DNA from: an uncultured Gemmatimonadales bacterium
GTDB lineage: Bacteria > Gemmatimonadota > Gemmatimonadetes > Gemmatimonadales > GWC2-71-9
Direction: 5' to 3'
DNA length: 64,000 nucleotides
Assembly (NCBI GenBank): GCA_963825055.1
Contig: CAWGSK010000011.1
Location: 64,001-128,000 of the forward strand
Shown: piece after piece, positions 41,317-52,128 of the stretch
Position numbering within the stretch: the first letter of the stretch is position 1
Layout: every line of letters begins with the position of its first letter
Made by a program: the position numbers and the translations under genes
Notes under the pieces: generated by a model
The model's database searches: none
What the model saw: the letters and a program-made list of their open reading frames with translations, nothing else
What the model was told of the DNA's origin: nothing

Positions 41317-43225
41317 AAGAAGTATGAGGTATATGTAAATAGTTAAGAGAGAGAGAAGTTAGAGAAAAAAAGAATAAAAAGAAAAAAGATTAAAATAATA
41401 GAATGATGAAAAATATAAGATATGTTGTGCTAAAAATTATATTATAAATGTATTATATAGCAAATATGCGCATCGAAATATTTATACATACGATAAGATA
41501 AATAACAAATACAAAGATGCGAGTGAAAAAGAAGATATGATAAAAAAAAAGAGAAATAAAAATGAAGCAATGATAAAATTGAAAAAAATTATTCTATAGA
41601 AAAATATGATTCTCGTTTCGTGATCTGAAGATATCACTCTAGACATGCTATACGCCATGTTAGATAATCAAATAAGTTGACTAGACAAAAGAATAAATAG
41701 AAAATTTAAAAGGAAAAATGAGAAAAGATATACAAATAAACTATAAAAAAAACTATAAATTTTTATTATTTTTATATAAAATTATAGATTATACTCTCTA
41801 ACATATAATTATAATTATTCGCTAACCTAAAATATAATAAATAAAAATAATAATAATAATAAAAAAATAAATATGATAATATTAGATAATTAGATACTAT
41901 ATAAACCAATAGATAATTTTCTACTCGACTAATAATAATTTATATTACTACTATCCTCTCCCCTTAAAATAAATTCTATCCAAATAAATACTATATAAAT
42001 AAACTAACACGAACTAAAATTTCTACAATAAAAACAAAAAAAAAAAAAAATACGACAAATAAAAAAATATATAATCCACGACATATTTACTCAAAAATAA
42101 TAATACTAAAAATAAATAAAAACAAAGATTAACAAAAAAATAAATACTACCCTAATAATACAACTCGATAAAACATAACCGATAACGATATTTACTGACA
42201 AAGATATACGAACATCTTATACTAAGAAAAAGAGAAGAAAAAAGATATAGATTATGAGAAAATATAAGATAAAAAAAAGATAAAAAATGAGATAATTATA
42301 TAAGTTGATTCTCTTCCAAATAATATTTACATACATGAAAGAATATATCACCGCTTTCCGTTATTCTTCTATATAAAAATAAAAAAAGAAAAAAAAAGAA
42401 TAGAAGATAAAAGAGATAATGATAGACACTAACCAATTACCTAAAGAAAAACATAAGATAATATAAAAAAATGAAGAGAGAGAAAAAATAAACTTTCATC
42501 TAATAAATATAAGATGATAATAAAACTATATGTCTATGTGCCGTAATCCCCGGCAGCAACCGCCCCGGATTTAGATGATAATTTATGAATACTACTATTT
42601 ATTATTTTAGATGATATTTCTACCTTATTCTCCAAATATAATAATAAATATAACTATATATAATTTACACTAAAAAGATATATTATATATAATGATATTA
42701 TTATATAACTATTCATATGATTCTTCCAATTAAAAAAAAAAAATATTATAAGAGAAGATAATAGAAAAAAATAAAATAATAACTAAAGATAAGTTAGAAA
42801 ATTTATAACTATTCCAAAAAAATTAATAAAAAAGAATATATATTATAAAAATAATTACTATAATAATATAAATTACTACTTTCCCACCAACTACTAATCT
42901 TCCAAAATAAGAAAAATAATATAACTATAAAATCTCCAATAATGATAATCGATAACACTTAAGATTCTATCCTAAAACACAAATAATATTAAACGATACT
43001 ATGCTTACCCCCAATAAAAAAACGATAAATCCTCAACAAATAATAAACATAAAAAAAACCCTAAAAATCAAAAAAAAAGACAACGATAAAAAATAACAAA
43101 TAAAATTCCAAAAAAAAAAAAAAAAAAAAAGATTACTATGATACTATAATAAGATACTATGACTATATACAACGATACTAATACACCACATGCTAACCCG
43201 ATAAAGCTAAAGCGATAAAAAGCAT
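41317..43225. other. A-rich low-complexity block, probable basecalling/assembly artefact
   Basis: Abrupt loss of GC, strong A excess, A21 run at 43110-43130, no ORFs, flanks riddled with errors. Confidence 0.85.
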
Positions 43226-43712
43226 TCCCCCGTCTCGATGCGCTAGCCTACGACGACCTACGTGCCATCGCTCACCGACGCCTGCGCCGAACGATGGATG
43301 AGCTAGCGACCACGACCCTTTACACGAGGCCTACCTCAAGCAAAAGAGACACGCCAACGACAGAGGCAGAGCCGCGCTAACTACTACGCCTACGCCTCCC
43401 GGGCCATGCGCCACATCCTGGTCGAATACGCTCGGCGGAGCTACGCGCAGCGCCGCGTGACGACGCCTCCGTCACCCTGCACGAGAACGCGATATCTAGG
43501 GCGAAAGGCGCTGATGACGTGCTCGGCAACGACGAAGCGATAACCGACTGGCGAGCGCCATCCGCGCATGGCGCAGATCGTGGAACCCGACTACGACGGG
43601 CTCCGTCGAAGAATAGTAGAGGCGCTGCAGACCTCGGTGCGGACCGTCGAGCGTGAATGTACCCGGCTAAATATACCTGCTGGAGGACCTGCGAGGCGAC
43701 GAGTACAGCTGA
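43226..43712 (+). CDS. ECF sigma factor (Sigma70_ECF/TIGR02999-like, kinase-associated); error-ridden, 5' end lost
   Basis: Fragments YDDLRAIAHRRLR, TT.L.HEAYLK, YASRAMRHILVEYARR, HPRMAQIVE, EALQTSVRTVERE across frames. Confidence 0.75.
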
Positions 43713-46315
43713 CCGGCGCTCTGGCGGCGCTGGGACGATGTCGATCGCCTGCTCACACGTGCGCTCGATCAGATACCCGAGACGCGCGTCGGCTAGGTCG
43801 AGCGCCGGAGAGGGCAGATACGGAACTGTGGAACTGGTGCTGAGGCTGCTCAACCGCAGCGGGTACGGCGACGAGCAGTACATGGCACCGGCCGTCGCAA
43901 TGGTGCGTGCCGTGCTGGATACGGATACGGACGCGGACGACCTGCCACCCGACGCGACGATCGATCGCTATCGCATCATCGGTCGACTCGGTCGCGGCGG
44001 CATGGCGACTGTGTATCGAGCCGAGCGGTCGGATGGCAGCTACGAGCAGCAGGTGGCGCTGAAGGTACTGCGGCGTGGCGTGGACACGACAGACCTGATC
44101 CGGCGCTTCCTGGTCGAACGGCAGATACTCTCGTCGCTCACTCACCCCAACATCGCCCGCATCCTCGACGGCGGCTCCACGGGCGATGGTCGACCGCCCT
44201 GGTCATGGAGCTCGTCCCGGGCGAGCCAATCACAGCATGGGCCGATGCACACCGGCTTTCTGTCCCCGCGAGGCTGCGCGTTCCTCAGGTATCGATGCGT
44301 GCTATGCCCACCAGCAGCTCGTGGTCCACCGCGACCTCAAGCCTCGAATACCTGGTAGACGAGACCGGCCGGGTTAAGCTGCTCGACTACGGCATTGCAA
44401 AACTGCTTGACGCTGACGGAGACCACACCGACGTGGGCGCGCGACCTCAGACGCCCCACTACGCCAGCCCGGAGCAGCTCGAGGGCGACGGATCACGACG
44501 GCCACTGACGTTTATCAGCTAGGCCTGCTGCTCCGGGAGCTGCTCACCGGCCTGCGGCCGGTGAGACCTGATCTACGCACCGGGGCGACCACGGCGCGCA
44601 TGAGCGCCTCCGTCCTTGACCCCGGCGCAGGCGCTGCCTCACCGGCAGCCCGTGCCATCCAGCGTGGCACTACTCCGGCACGGTTACGCCGGCGCCTCGT
44701 CGGAGATCTCGACCTGATCGTGGCCAAGGCACTCCGCGTTGAGCCTGAACTGCGCTATGCCTCGGCCGACGAGTTCGCCGCCGACCTCCGCCGCCACCTG
44801 CGGGGGCTCCCGATCCAGGCCCATCCCGAGTCGGCCCGGTACCTGGCGCGCAAGTTCATCACCCGACACCGGTGGTTCATTCCTGCCGTTGGGGCGCTTG
44901 CCATCGGAACCGCGCTGTACGTCGGGACTGTCGTCGATCATAACCGACGCCTGGAGCGGGAGCGCGACGCCGCTACTGCCGCTTCGCTGCTCGCCCGGGA
45001 GACCCGGGACTTTCTCGTCGGGATGTTCCAGAGTCCGGACCCGTTCACGCGGCCGATCCCGAGCGAGGGCGACGGATCACGGTGGTCGAGGCCCTCGCGA
45101 TCGGCAGGGACCGCCTGGAAGAGGACTTCGCCGACCAGCCGGCGTTGCGGGCGGCGTTACTGTCGACGATCGGCCAGGTCCTGACGAGGCTGGACCAGAC
45201 CGATGCCGCGTACGAGATGCTGGACGAGGCCATGGCGACGCGGATCCGGGTGGGCGATACCACGTCGGTGCAGTTTGCGGACAATCTGGGGGATGTGGGC
45301 TATCTCCTGATCGGCACGGGACTCCACGACTCCGCCCTGGTCCTGCTCGAACGGCAGGTCGCGCTCGAACGCCACCGGACTCCCCTCGACGGTGAGCGCC
45401 TCGGCCAGGCCCTGCTGGCTCTGGCCATGGGCGAGGCGAGGCGGAACCCGATCCGCGCGGCCGACCTCACGGACGATGCGGTTGCGCAATTGCGAATCGC
45501 CGGAAGCGATCGTCTCGGTGAGGCACTGCGCCAGGCGGCGGACCGATTCCGCGATGGCAATCGCCTGGAAGTGTCGGAGCGGTTCGCTCGCGAAGCGCTT
45601 GACCTCGACCTCGCCCGGGAGGGCCCCGACGCGCTGCACACCGCCATGGCAAAGCATACCCTCGGAGAGACACTCGGGCTCCGCGGGCAGATCGACGAGG
45701 CCCGGATCCTGATCCGGTCGGCCATCGTGGTGTTCGACAGCATGCTGGGCCGGGATCACGCGTTCACCATGGCTGCGCGCAACAACCTTGCAATCGTCGC
45801 CATTAACGCCGGCGCCTTCCCCGAAGCGGAGGCGAGTTATCGCGAACTCCTTGGGGGCCGGCGGGCACGCTATGGGGAGCGCAGCGCCCGATGGCAGGCA
45901 CCTACCAGAATCTCGCCGTGGCCGTCGCGGGTCAGGGGCGTTACGCCGAGGCCGATAGTCTCACCCGGCTGGCGGAAGGGATCTACCGGAATGTGCTCCC
46001 GGCAGGGTCGATCGTTATCGCGTTCCCGATGCTCACGCGCGCGAGATCCTCCTGACCGGTGGCGATGCCATCGGGGCGGCGCAGGCGGCCCGCGGCGCGG
46101 CGGCCCTGCTGCGCGGGCACGTCCCGACCAACCACCCTGCCGCGATCATGGCCGATTGCCGGCTGGGTCGGGCCACCGCCCGGCTGGGTGACACCGTCAG
46201 GGCTCTGGCACTGCTCGACTCTGCCGTCAGCCGGCTACGGACGGCTGAGGGGGTCCGTGGCCCGCAACAGGCGGAATGCCGGGATGCGCTGGCGGCCCTC
46301 ACTCGAGCGCCCTGA
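43713..46315 (+). CDS. Ser/Thr kinase with TM and TPR repeats; multiple frameshifts, start approximate
   Basis: GRGGMATVYRAERSDG.YEQQVALK, ERQILSSLTHPNIARILDGG, HRDLKP, KLLDYG, TPHYASPEQ, GDLDLIVAKAL, TPRs. Confidence 0.82.
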
Positions 46316-46435
46316 AGGGGTCCACCCGGAGGTGACCCTCGAGAACCGGGGAGCGGGATGGCGGGGTCCGACCATGGATGACGTTGAATCAGGGAAGCAA
46401 GCTTCCCGACGATCACGTCAGCCAAGGGGATCTTC

Positions 46436-47755
46436 ATGTCACCCACCAGCCTCCTGTCCCGGGCACTCCGCGGCGCGCTGTTCCTCATCCTCGCCACCAT
46501 GGGGATGCCCCGTCCCGCAAGCGCTCAAATATTCAAGAAGCTCAAGAAGGCCGCCCAGAATGCCGCCGAGTCGGAACTGGTCAGTCAGGTCGACCAAGCG
46601 GTGCGGGACAAGGTCCGTTGTGTCTTCGACGATCTTGAATGCATCCGGAACGCCGAGGCCCAAGGGCAGGAAGCGGTGCTGACCGACGACAGCGGCCAGG
46701 TTCTGCTGGATCAGGAGGGTCAGCCCGTGTCGGATCCCGACCTCGGCGCGGACCTGGCGGGGGAAAACCGGCGTACCATGCTGCCGGGGGAGGGCGCGTG
46801 GTCCAACTACGATTTCCAGCCTGGCGACAGTGTGCTGGTCTTCGACGACTTCACCGGGGACAGTGTCGGTGATTTCCCGCGCCGGTTCGAGCTGATCGAG
46901 GGCAACTTCGAGGTCGTGGAATGGAACGGGGCGCGTTATCTCCGCGCGACCTCGTACGGTGTTCTCGCCATTCCGCTGCCTGGGACGCTGCCGGACCGAT
47001 TCACGCTCGAGTTCAGCGCCAGCATCCAGCACGGCAACGGATTTGTCCGTGTTACCCCCGGCCGGGCGTTCTGGGGGCCCGCCCGTACGTATCAGGGCAC
47101 GGCGATTTCAGTCGAGCGCGGACGAGCCGGATACCTGCCGGTATCGGGCGGCGGCCCCAGGATACTCACGAAGTTCGAATCCACCCGGGTTACCGCAACG
47201 GTGGCACCGATCCGGGTGATGGCTGATGGGAGTCACATGAAGATGTACCTCGGCGAAGTGCGGGTGGCCAACGCCCCAAACGCCGTCTTTCCACGTGGAG
47301 ACACGCTGTTCCTCGCGGTCGGCACCGCCAGCGAGCAGTCACCGATCCTGATAGGACCCCTCCGGATCGCGGCCGGCGGCCGTGATCTGTATGATCGTCT
47401 GGCGCGAGACGGCCGGGCGGCAACACAGGGCATCCTCTTCGCGACCAACAGCGCGCGCATCCGACCCGAGTCGACCCCCACACTCGACGAAATCGCTACC
47501 ATGCTGCGCGAGCATCCCGCGTTGCGCATCGCGATCGAGGGACACACCGACAGCCAGGGCACCGCGGAATTCAACCAGGCGCTGTCCGAACGCCGTGCCG
47601 CGGCAGTGGTCGCGTACCTTACCGGGCCGATGGGCATCGAGCCGGCCCGACTCGAGTCAGCGGGGTTCGGGGAGTCCAGCCCGGCCGCTTCCAACGACAC
47701 GCCTGAAGGAATGCAACAGAACCGGCGGGTGGAACTGGTGCGACTTGGGAGCTGA
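46436..47755 (+). CDS. OmpA-family peptidoglycan-binding secreted protein
   Basis: Signal peptide; NYDFQPG..LVFDDF; C-terminal IEGHTDSQG..N..LSERRA, NRRVE. Confidence 0.9.
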   Translation: MSPTSLLSRALRGALFLILATMGMPRPASAQIFKKLKKAAQNAAESELVSQVDQAVRDKVRCVFDDLECIRNAEAQGQEAVLTDDSGQVLLDQEGQPVSDPDLGADLAGENRRTMLPGEGAWSNYDFQPGDSVLVFDDFTGDSVGDFPRRFELIEGNFEVVEWNGARYLRATSYGVLAIPLPGTLPDRFTLEFSASIQHGNGFVRVTPGRAFWGPARTYQGTAISVERGRAGYLPVSGGGPRILTKFESTRVTATVAPIRVMADGSHMKMYLGEVRVANAPNAVFPRGDTLFLAVGTASEQSPILIGPLRIAAGGRDLYDRLARDGRAATQGILFATNSARIRPESTPTLDEIATMLREHPALRIAIEGHTDSQGTAEFNQALSERRAAAVVAYLTGPMGIEPARLESAGFGESSPAASNDTPEGMQQNRRVELVRLGS

Positions 47756-47806
47756 GGACTGCCAGCGTGCGACGGGCCTGGACCGCGAGCGGGTGACCGG
47801 AGCAGC

Positions 47807-48845
47807 TCAGGAAACCCTGAAGGCGTAGACGGTCGTTTCCCGCAGGGTCTCGCCCGGGCGGAGAATCGTGCCGGGGAAGCGGGTGGTGGACGGCGTCCGG
47901 GTAGTGCTGTGTTTCCAGGCACAGGCCGGCGTGCGCCCCGTATGGCCGCCCCCCTTTCCCCGTCAGTGTCCCATCCAGGAAGTTGCCGGTGTACAGCTGC
48001 ACGCCGGGCTGCGTCGTCCGCACGTCCATGACCCGTCCGCTCTCCGGATCAAAGAGCCGTCCCGCGTGCACCAGCCCCGGCCCGTCACGGTCGATCACGA
48101 AATTATGGTCATATCCCCTGCGGGAGCCGGTCAATGCGTCCCAGCGCGCGCCGATGAGGGCCGGGCGGGTGAAGTCGAAGGGGGTGCCCTGCACCGGCAG
48201 GAGTTCCCCGGTCGGGACTCCCGTGGCATCCACCGGGGTATAGCGGGATGCCCGGAGCGACAGCTCATGATTCAGGACGTCGCCCGAGCAGGCGAGGTTG
48301 AAATACGCGTGGTTAGTGAGGTTGACCGGCGTGGGGCGATCTGTCCGGGCGGTATAGTCGATGACCAGCTCGTCCTCCGCCGTCAGTGCCACGACCACCT
48401 CCACCTCGAGCCGCCCCGGATAGCCCTCGTCCCCGTCGGGGCTGACATGTACCAGCCGGATCGCGGGATCGGAGCCGGGCAGCGCCTCCCCCCGCCAGAG
48501 GGCCTTGTCGAACCCATGGCGACCGCCGTGCAGGTGGTTGGGGCCGTCGTTCCGGGCGAGGGTGTACGTGCGCCCGTCGAGATCGAAGGTGCCGCCGGCA
48601 ATCCGGTTGGCGACCCGCCCGACCGTGCTGCCGAAGTAGGGATGGCCCGCGAGATAGGAGGCGAGGTCGTCGAACCCCAGGACGACGTCACCGATCGTGC
48701 CGTTCCTGTCGGGTACGTGCAGTTCGGTGAGCGTGGCACCGTAGTCGCTTATCCGGGCGACCAGACCATGGAGGTTGGTGAGGCTGAAAACTCGGGCCGC
48801 CCGCCCATCGGGCAGGTGACCGAAGGCGGTGGCCTCGACGCTCAC
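47807..48845 (-). CDS. galM: Aldose 1-epimerase (galactose mutarotase); frameshift near 47880
   Basis: GRVANRI, NHLHGG, NLTNHAYFNL, GYDHNF, LCLETQHYPD; tail ILRPGETLRETTVYAF ends at TGA 47807. Confidence 0.9.
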
Positions 48846-50509
48846 GGCGTGGAGAGAAGGACCAGCGGGAATGGGGTGTCCAGCACGGCGGCGCCGCCCC
48901 GCACCGTCACCCGTGTCCCGGAATAGCTGTCCACCAGGACCGCGCCGTCGGGGAACGTGCCGTACAGCGGTATTGTCTTCATGCCCGGCGCCAGGTCGAG
49001 CGCCACCAGCACGCGATCGGTGCCGCCCCCGGCGTCGAGGGTCCGGCTGAAGAGGAAGGGCGACGTCCGGAGCGTCCGGTGCACACCCGCCCCGACGGCG
49101 GGATGCGCCCGCCGGAACCGGCCCAGGCGGCGCCAGTGCTCGAGGACCGCCCGGCCGGCACCCGCGGTATCCCCCCAGTTCATCATTGATCGGAGGTTCG
49201 CGTCGCCCTCCGCCCCGGGAATGACAAGGGGACGGGCCAACTCGTCTCCGTAATAGACCTGGGCTCCACCCGGCGCGAGCAGGAGGCGGGTCCCGGCTCC
49301 CATCGGATCCCGGCGGTCCCGGTCATAGGGGCCGCCGTCATCGTGCGAGCTCACGTAGTTGAGCAGCGCGACGCGGTCGAGCGCCCCGCCGTGCAGGTCC
49401 GACGAGTACCGGGTATACAGGCTGTCAAGCGGGCCGCGCGCCACGGCCTTGAACTCGAAGTTGATCAGCGCGTCATATCCATTCGCGAAGAAGTCTACCT
49501 GGCGGTCCCCGAAATCGTACTGGCGCCCCGTTGCGGGGGACCAGCCGTAGACCTCCCCCACCATGTAGAACGGGAGGTCGTCGAGGCCGTTGTCCGGGTG
49601 AGCCCGCTTCCAGTCGGCAAACGCGACTTCCGCCTCCGCCCGCAGTTCAGCGCTCACCGACGGCTCGAAGTGCTTGGCGGTGTCCACCCGGTAGCCATCG
49701 AACCCCACCTCGCGGACCCAGTCGGTCAGCCACTTGATGATGTACCAGCGCGGCGCGCGGGGATGGCCCGTCCGCTTGAAGAACGCGTCCAGTTCCGCCA
49801 CCTCGCGATCGCGGCGTCCCTCGCGATCCCATTTCGCGACAAGCCAGCCGGGCAGGGCGACCGGCTCGTCCCGTTCCGTCCGGACGTCCGGCAGGTTCCG
49901 CACGAGGGTGCAGGTCACCGTGGTGATATAGCTCCGGTAGGTACACTGCGGGCTGGTGCGCACCCAGTCGTCGGGCCACGCCGGCTCGTCGGGCGTCTGT
50001 GGCCCCACGTGGTTGATGATGGCATCCATCAGGACCCGCATGCCATGACGGTGCGCCACGTCCACCACGTCGCGCAGGTCGTCCATGGTGCCGAGCGCGG
50101 GGTCCACGGCGGTCCAGTCGCGAGTCCAGTATCCGTGGAAGGCGTACGTCTTCCCGGTTCCCTCATCGACGCCGGGGTGGATCTGTTCGACGAAGGGTGT
50201 CAGCCAGATGGCGTCGACGCCCAGGCTGTCGAACCAGCCCGCCTCGATTCGCTCCCTGAGCCCGCGCAGGTCTCCGCCCTCGAAATTGCGCAGCTTCATG
50301 CCGTCGTGCGCCCGGCCGAGCGCGTGGTCGTTGCCCGTGTCGCCGTTGGCGAACCGGTCGGTCAGCAGGAAGTAGACGGTAGCCGCGTTCCAGAACGTGG
50401 CTGGTTGCCCCACCGGCGCAGGCGCGAGGTCCGGCGGGGGCGCGGATGTGCACGCACCCCCAAGGGACGCGAGGCCGGTCAGGACGACTGCGGAAATCCG
50501 GGATGCCAT
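48842..50509 (-). CDS. GH13 alpha-amylase lipoprotein (MalS-like)
   Basis: VYFLLTDRF, FHGYWTRDW, GYRVDTAKH, GEVY, SSHDD; lipobox GGAC. Confidence 0.9.
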   Translation of the reverse strand: MASRISAVVLTGLASLGGACTSAPPPDLAPAPVGQPATFWNAATVYFLLTDRFANGDTGNDHALGRAHDGMKLRNFEGGDLRGLRERIEAGWFDSLGVDAIWLTPFVEQIHPGVDEGTGKTYAFHGYWTRDWTAVDPALGTMDDLRDVVDVAHRHGMRVLMDAIINHVGPQTPDEPAWPDDWVRTSPQCTYRSYITTVTCTLVRNLPDVRTERDEPVALPGWLVAKWDREGRRDREVAELDAFFKRTGHPRAPRWYIIKWLTDWVREVGFDGYRVDTAKHFEPSVSAELRAEAEVAFADWKRAHPDNGLDDLPFYMVGEVYGWSPATGRQYDFGDRQVDFFANGYDALINFEFKAVARGPLDSLYTRYSSDLHGGALDRVALLNYVSSHDDGGPYDRDRRDPMGAGTRLLLAPGGAQVYYGDELARPLVIPGAEGDANLRSMMNWGDTAGAGRAVLEHWRRLGRFRRAHPAVGAGVHRTLRTSPFLFSRTLDAGGGTDRVLVALDLAPGMKTIPLYGTFPDGAVLVDSYSGTRVTVRGGAAVLDTPFPLVLLSTP

Positions 50510-52062
50510 GTGTCGCGTTCCGGTTCGTCCCTGTCCTCGACCCGGAGGGTGAGGAGCGCCGCGAGCAGGAGCGATGCGCCCCCGACCGCGAGGGCGTAGA
50601 TCGCCTCTCCGCTGAAGAACCTCGCCACGATGAAGCCGAGCAGTGCGGCGGCGACAATCTGCGGAATCACGATGAAGAAATTGAAGACCCCCATGTAGTA
50701 CCCCATCTTCGACGGCGGCAGCGCCCCGGTCAGGATGGCGTACGGCATGGCGAGGATGCTGGCCCAGGCGATGCCCACGCCCACCATGGAGAGCAGCAGG
50801 AGTTTCGGGTCGTGAAGCAGCAGGATGGACAGCAGCCCCAGGGCCCCGAACGTGAGGCAGACGGCGTGCGCGACCCGCCGGTTGGTGCGCCGGGCCAGGA
50901 CCGGGATGAGGAACGCCACCACCGCCGCGACGCCATTGTACGCGGCAAACCCGACCCCGACCCAGTTGGCTCCATCATTATAGAGGCGGCTGGTGGTGTC
51001 GCTGGTGCCGTACAGGTGGGCGGTCACGGCGGGTGTGGTGTAGATCCACATGGCGAAGAGGGCGAACCACGAGAAGAACTGGACCCAGGCCAGCTGTTTC
51101 ATGGTGCGCGGCATGTCCTGGAAGTCGTTCAGGATGGTGACGAACCCGTTGTCGTACCGCCCGCCCCGCTGCATCATGCCGCTCACGATGAGTAACAGCC
51201 CCACCACCCCGATGCCCGCCGAGAGTATCAGCACCTGGTACAGGGCGGCAATCCCCAGCCAGGCGCTGAGCGCCCCGCCGACGACGAGCAGCGTCAGGCC
51301 CAGCCGGATCTGTCGCGACCCGTTCTGCGTAAAGGCTTCGGGGCTTCGTCGCTCCGGCACGATGTGTTCGCGCTCCTGGTTGTCAGCGAAGCTGGCCATC
51401 TCCCGCGGGGAGTACTCGTGCGAGCGGAGCACCGTCCAGAGCACGGCCAGGAAGAACACCACCGCCCCGAAATAGAATGACCACCGCACCGAGTCCGGAA
51501 TCATGTGGGGGGGCGCCTCGTTGCTCACCCCGAACATCTTGGTGAGCACCCACGGCAGGAGGGAGGCCGCGACGGCACCGGTGCCGATCAGGAAACTCTG
51601 CATCGCGAACCCGGTGGTACGCTGCGACGACGGCAGGTTGTCACCGACGAACGCCCGGAACGGCTCCATCGAGATATTGATGGAGGCGTCCATCATCCAG
51701 AGCATCCCCGCCGCCACCCAGAGGGTCGGTGAGTTCGGCATCAGGACCAGGGCCAGCGATGCCAGCACCGCCCCGGTCAGGAAGTACGGCCGGCGCCGCC
51801 CCAGCCCGTTCCAGGTCCGGTCGCTCAGGTAGCCCACGATGGGCTGCACGACGAGGCCCGTGACCGGCGCGGCGATCCAGAGCAGCGGGATGTTTTCGAC
51901 CTTTGCCCCCAGCGTCTCGAAGATCCGGCTCACGTTCGCGTTCTGCAGCGCGAAGCCGATCTGGATGCCAAGGAAGCCGAAACTCATGTTCCAGATTTCC
52001 CAGAATGAGAGCCGGGGTTTCGGCCGGACGGCGGCGGCGGCGCTGGCGGCGCGTGATCCCAT
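50479..52062 (-). CDS. MFS maltose/maltodextrin transporter (MalT/SLC45-like)
   Basis: LSFWEIWNMSFGFLGIQIGFALQ, GRRRPY, MEPFRAFVGD, YMGVFNFFIVIPQ. Confidence 0.9.
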   Translation of the reverse strand: MGSRAASAAAAVRPKPRLSFWEIWNMSFGFLGIQIGFALQNANVSRIFETLGAKVENIPLLWIAAPVTGLVVQPIVGYLSDRTWNGLGRRRPYFLTGAVLASLALVLMPNSPTLWVAAGMLWMMDASINISMEPFRAFVGDNLPSSQRTTGFAMQSFLIGTGAVAASLLPWVLTKMFGVSNEAPPHMIPDSVRWSFYFGAVVFFLAVLWTVLRSHEYSPREMASFADNQEREHIVPERRSPEAFTQNGSRQIRLGLTLLVVGGALSAWLGIAALYQVLILSAGIGVVGLLLIVSGMMQRGGRYDNGFVTILNDFQDMPRTMKQLAWVQFFSWFALFAMWIYTTPAVTAHLYGTSDTTSRLYNDGANWVGVGFAAYNGVAAVVAFLIPVLARRTNRRVAHAVCLTFGALGLLSILLLHDPKLLLLSMVGVGIAWASILAMPYAILTGALPPSKMGYYMGVFNFFIVIPQIVAAALLGFIVARFFSGEAIYALAVGGASLLLAALLTLRVEDRDEPERDTWHPGFPQSS

Positions 52063-52128
52063 TGGATGACTCAGGGAAGAAGGAAAAGGGACGAGGGAAC
52101 CGGAGCCGGAAACGTCCGCCCGGTTCCG

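Noticed and set aside
41317..43225. AT-rich horizontally acquired island, phage DNA, CRISPR leader/array or origin
   Set aside because: No ORFs, periodic repeats or terminal repeats. One-strand A bias, long homopolymers and graded errors in the flank point to an artefact.
51180..51310. Extra TM hairpin in the central loop of the maltose MFS
   Set aside because: Similar insertions are, to my recollection, seen in proteobacterial members of this family; not distinctive.
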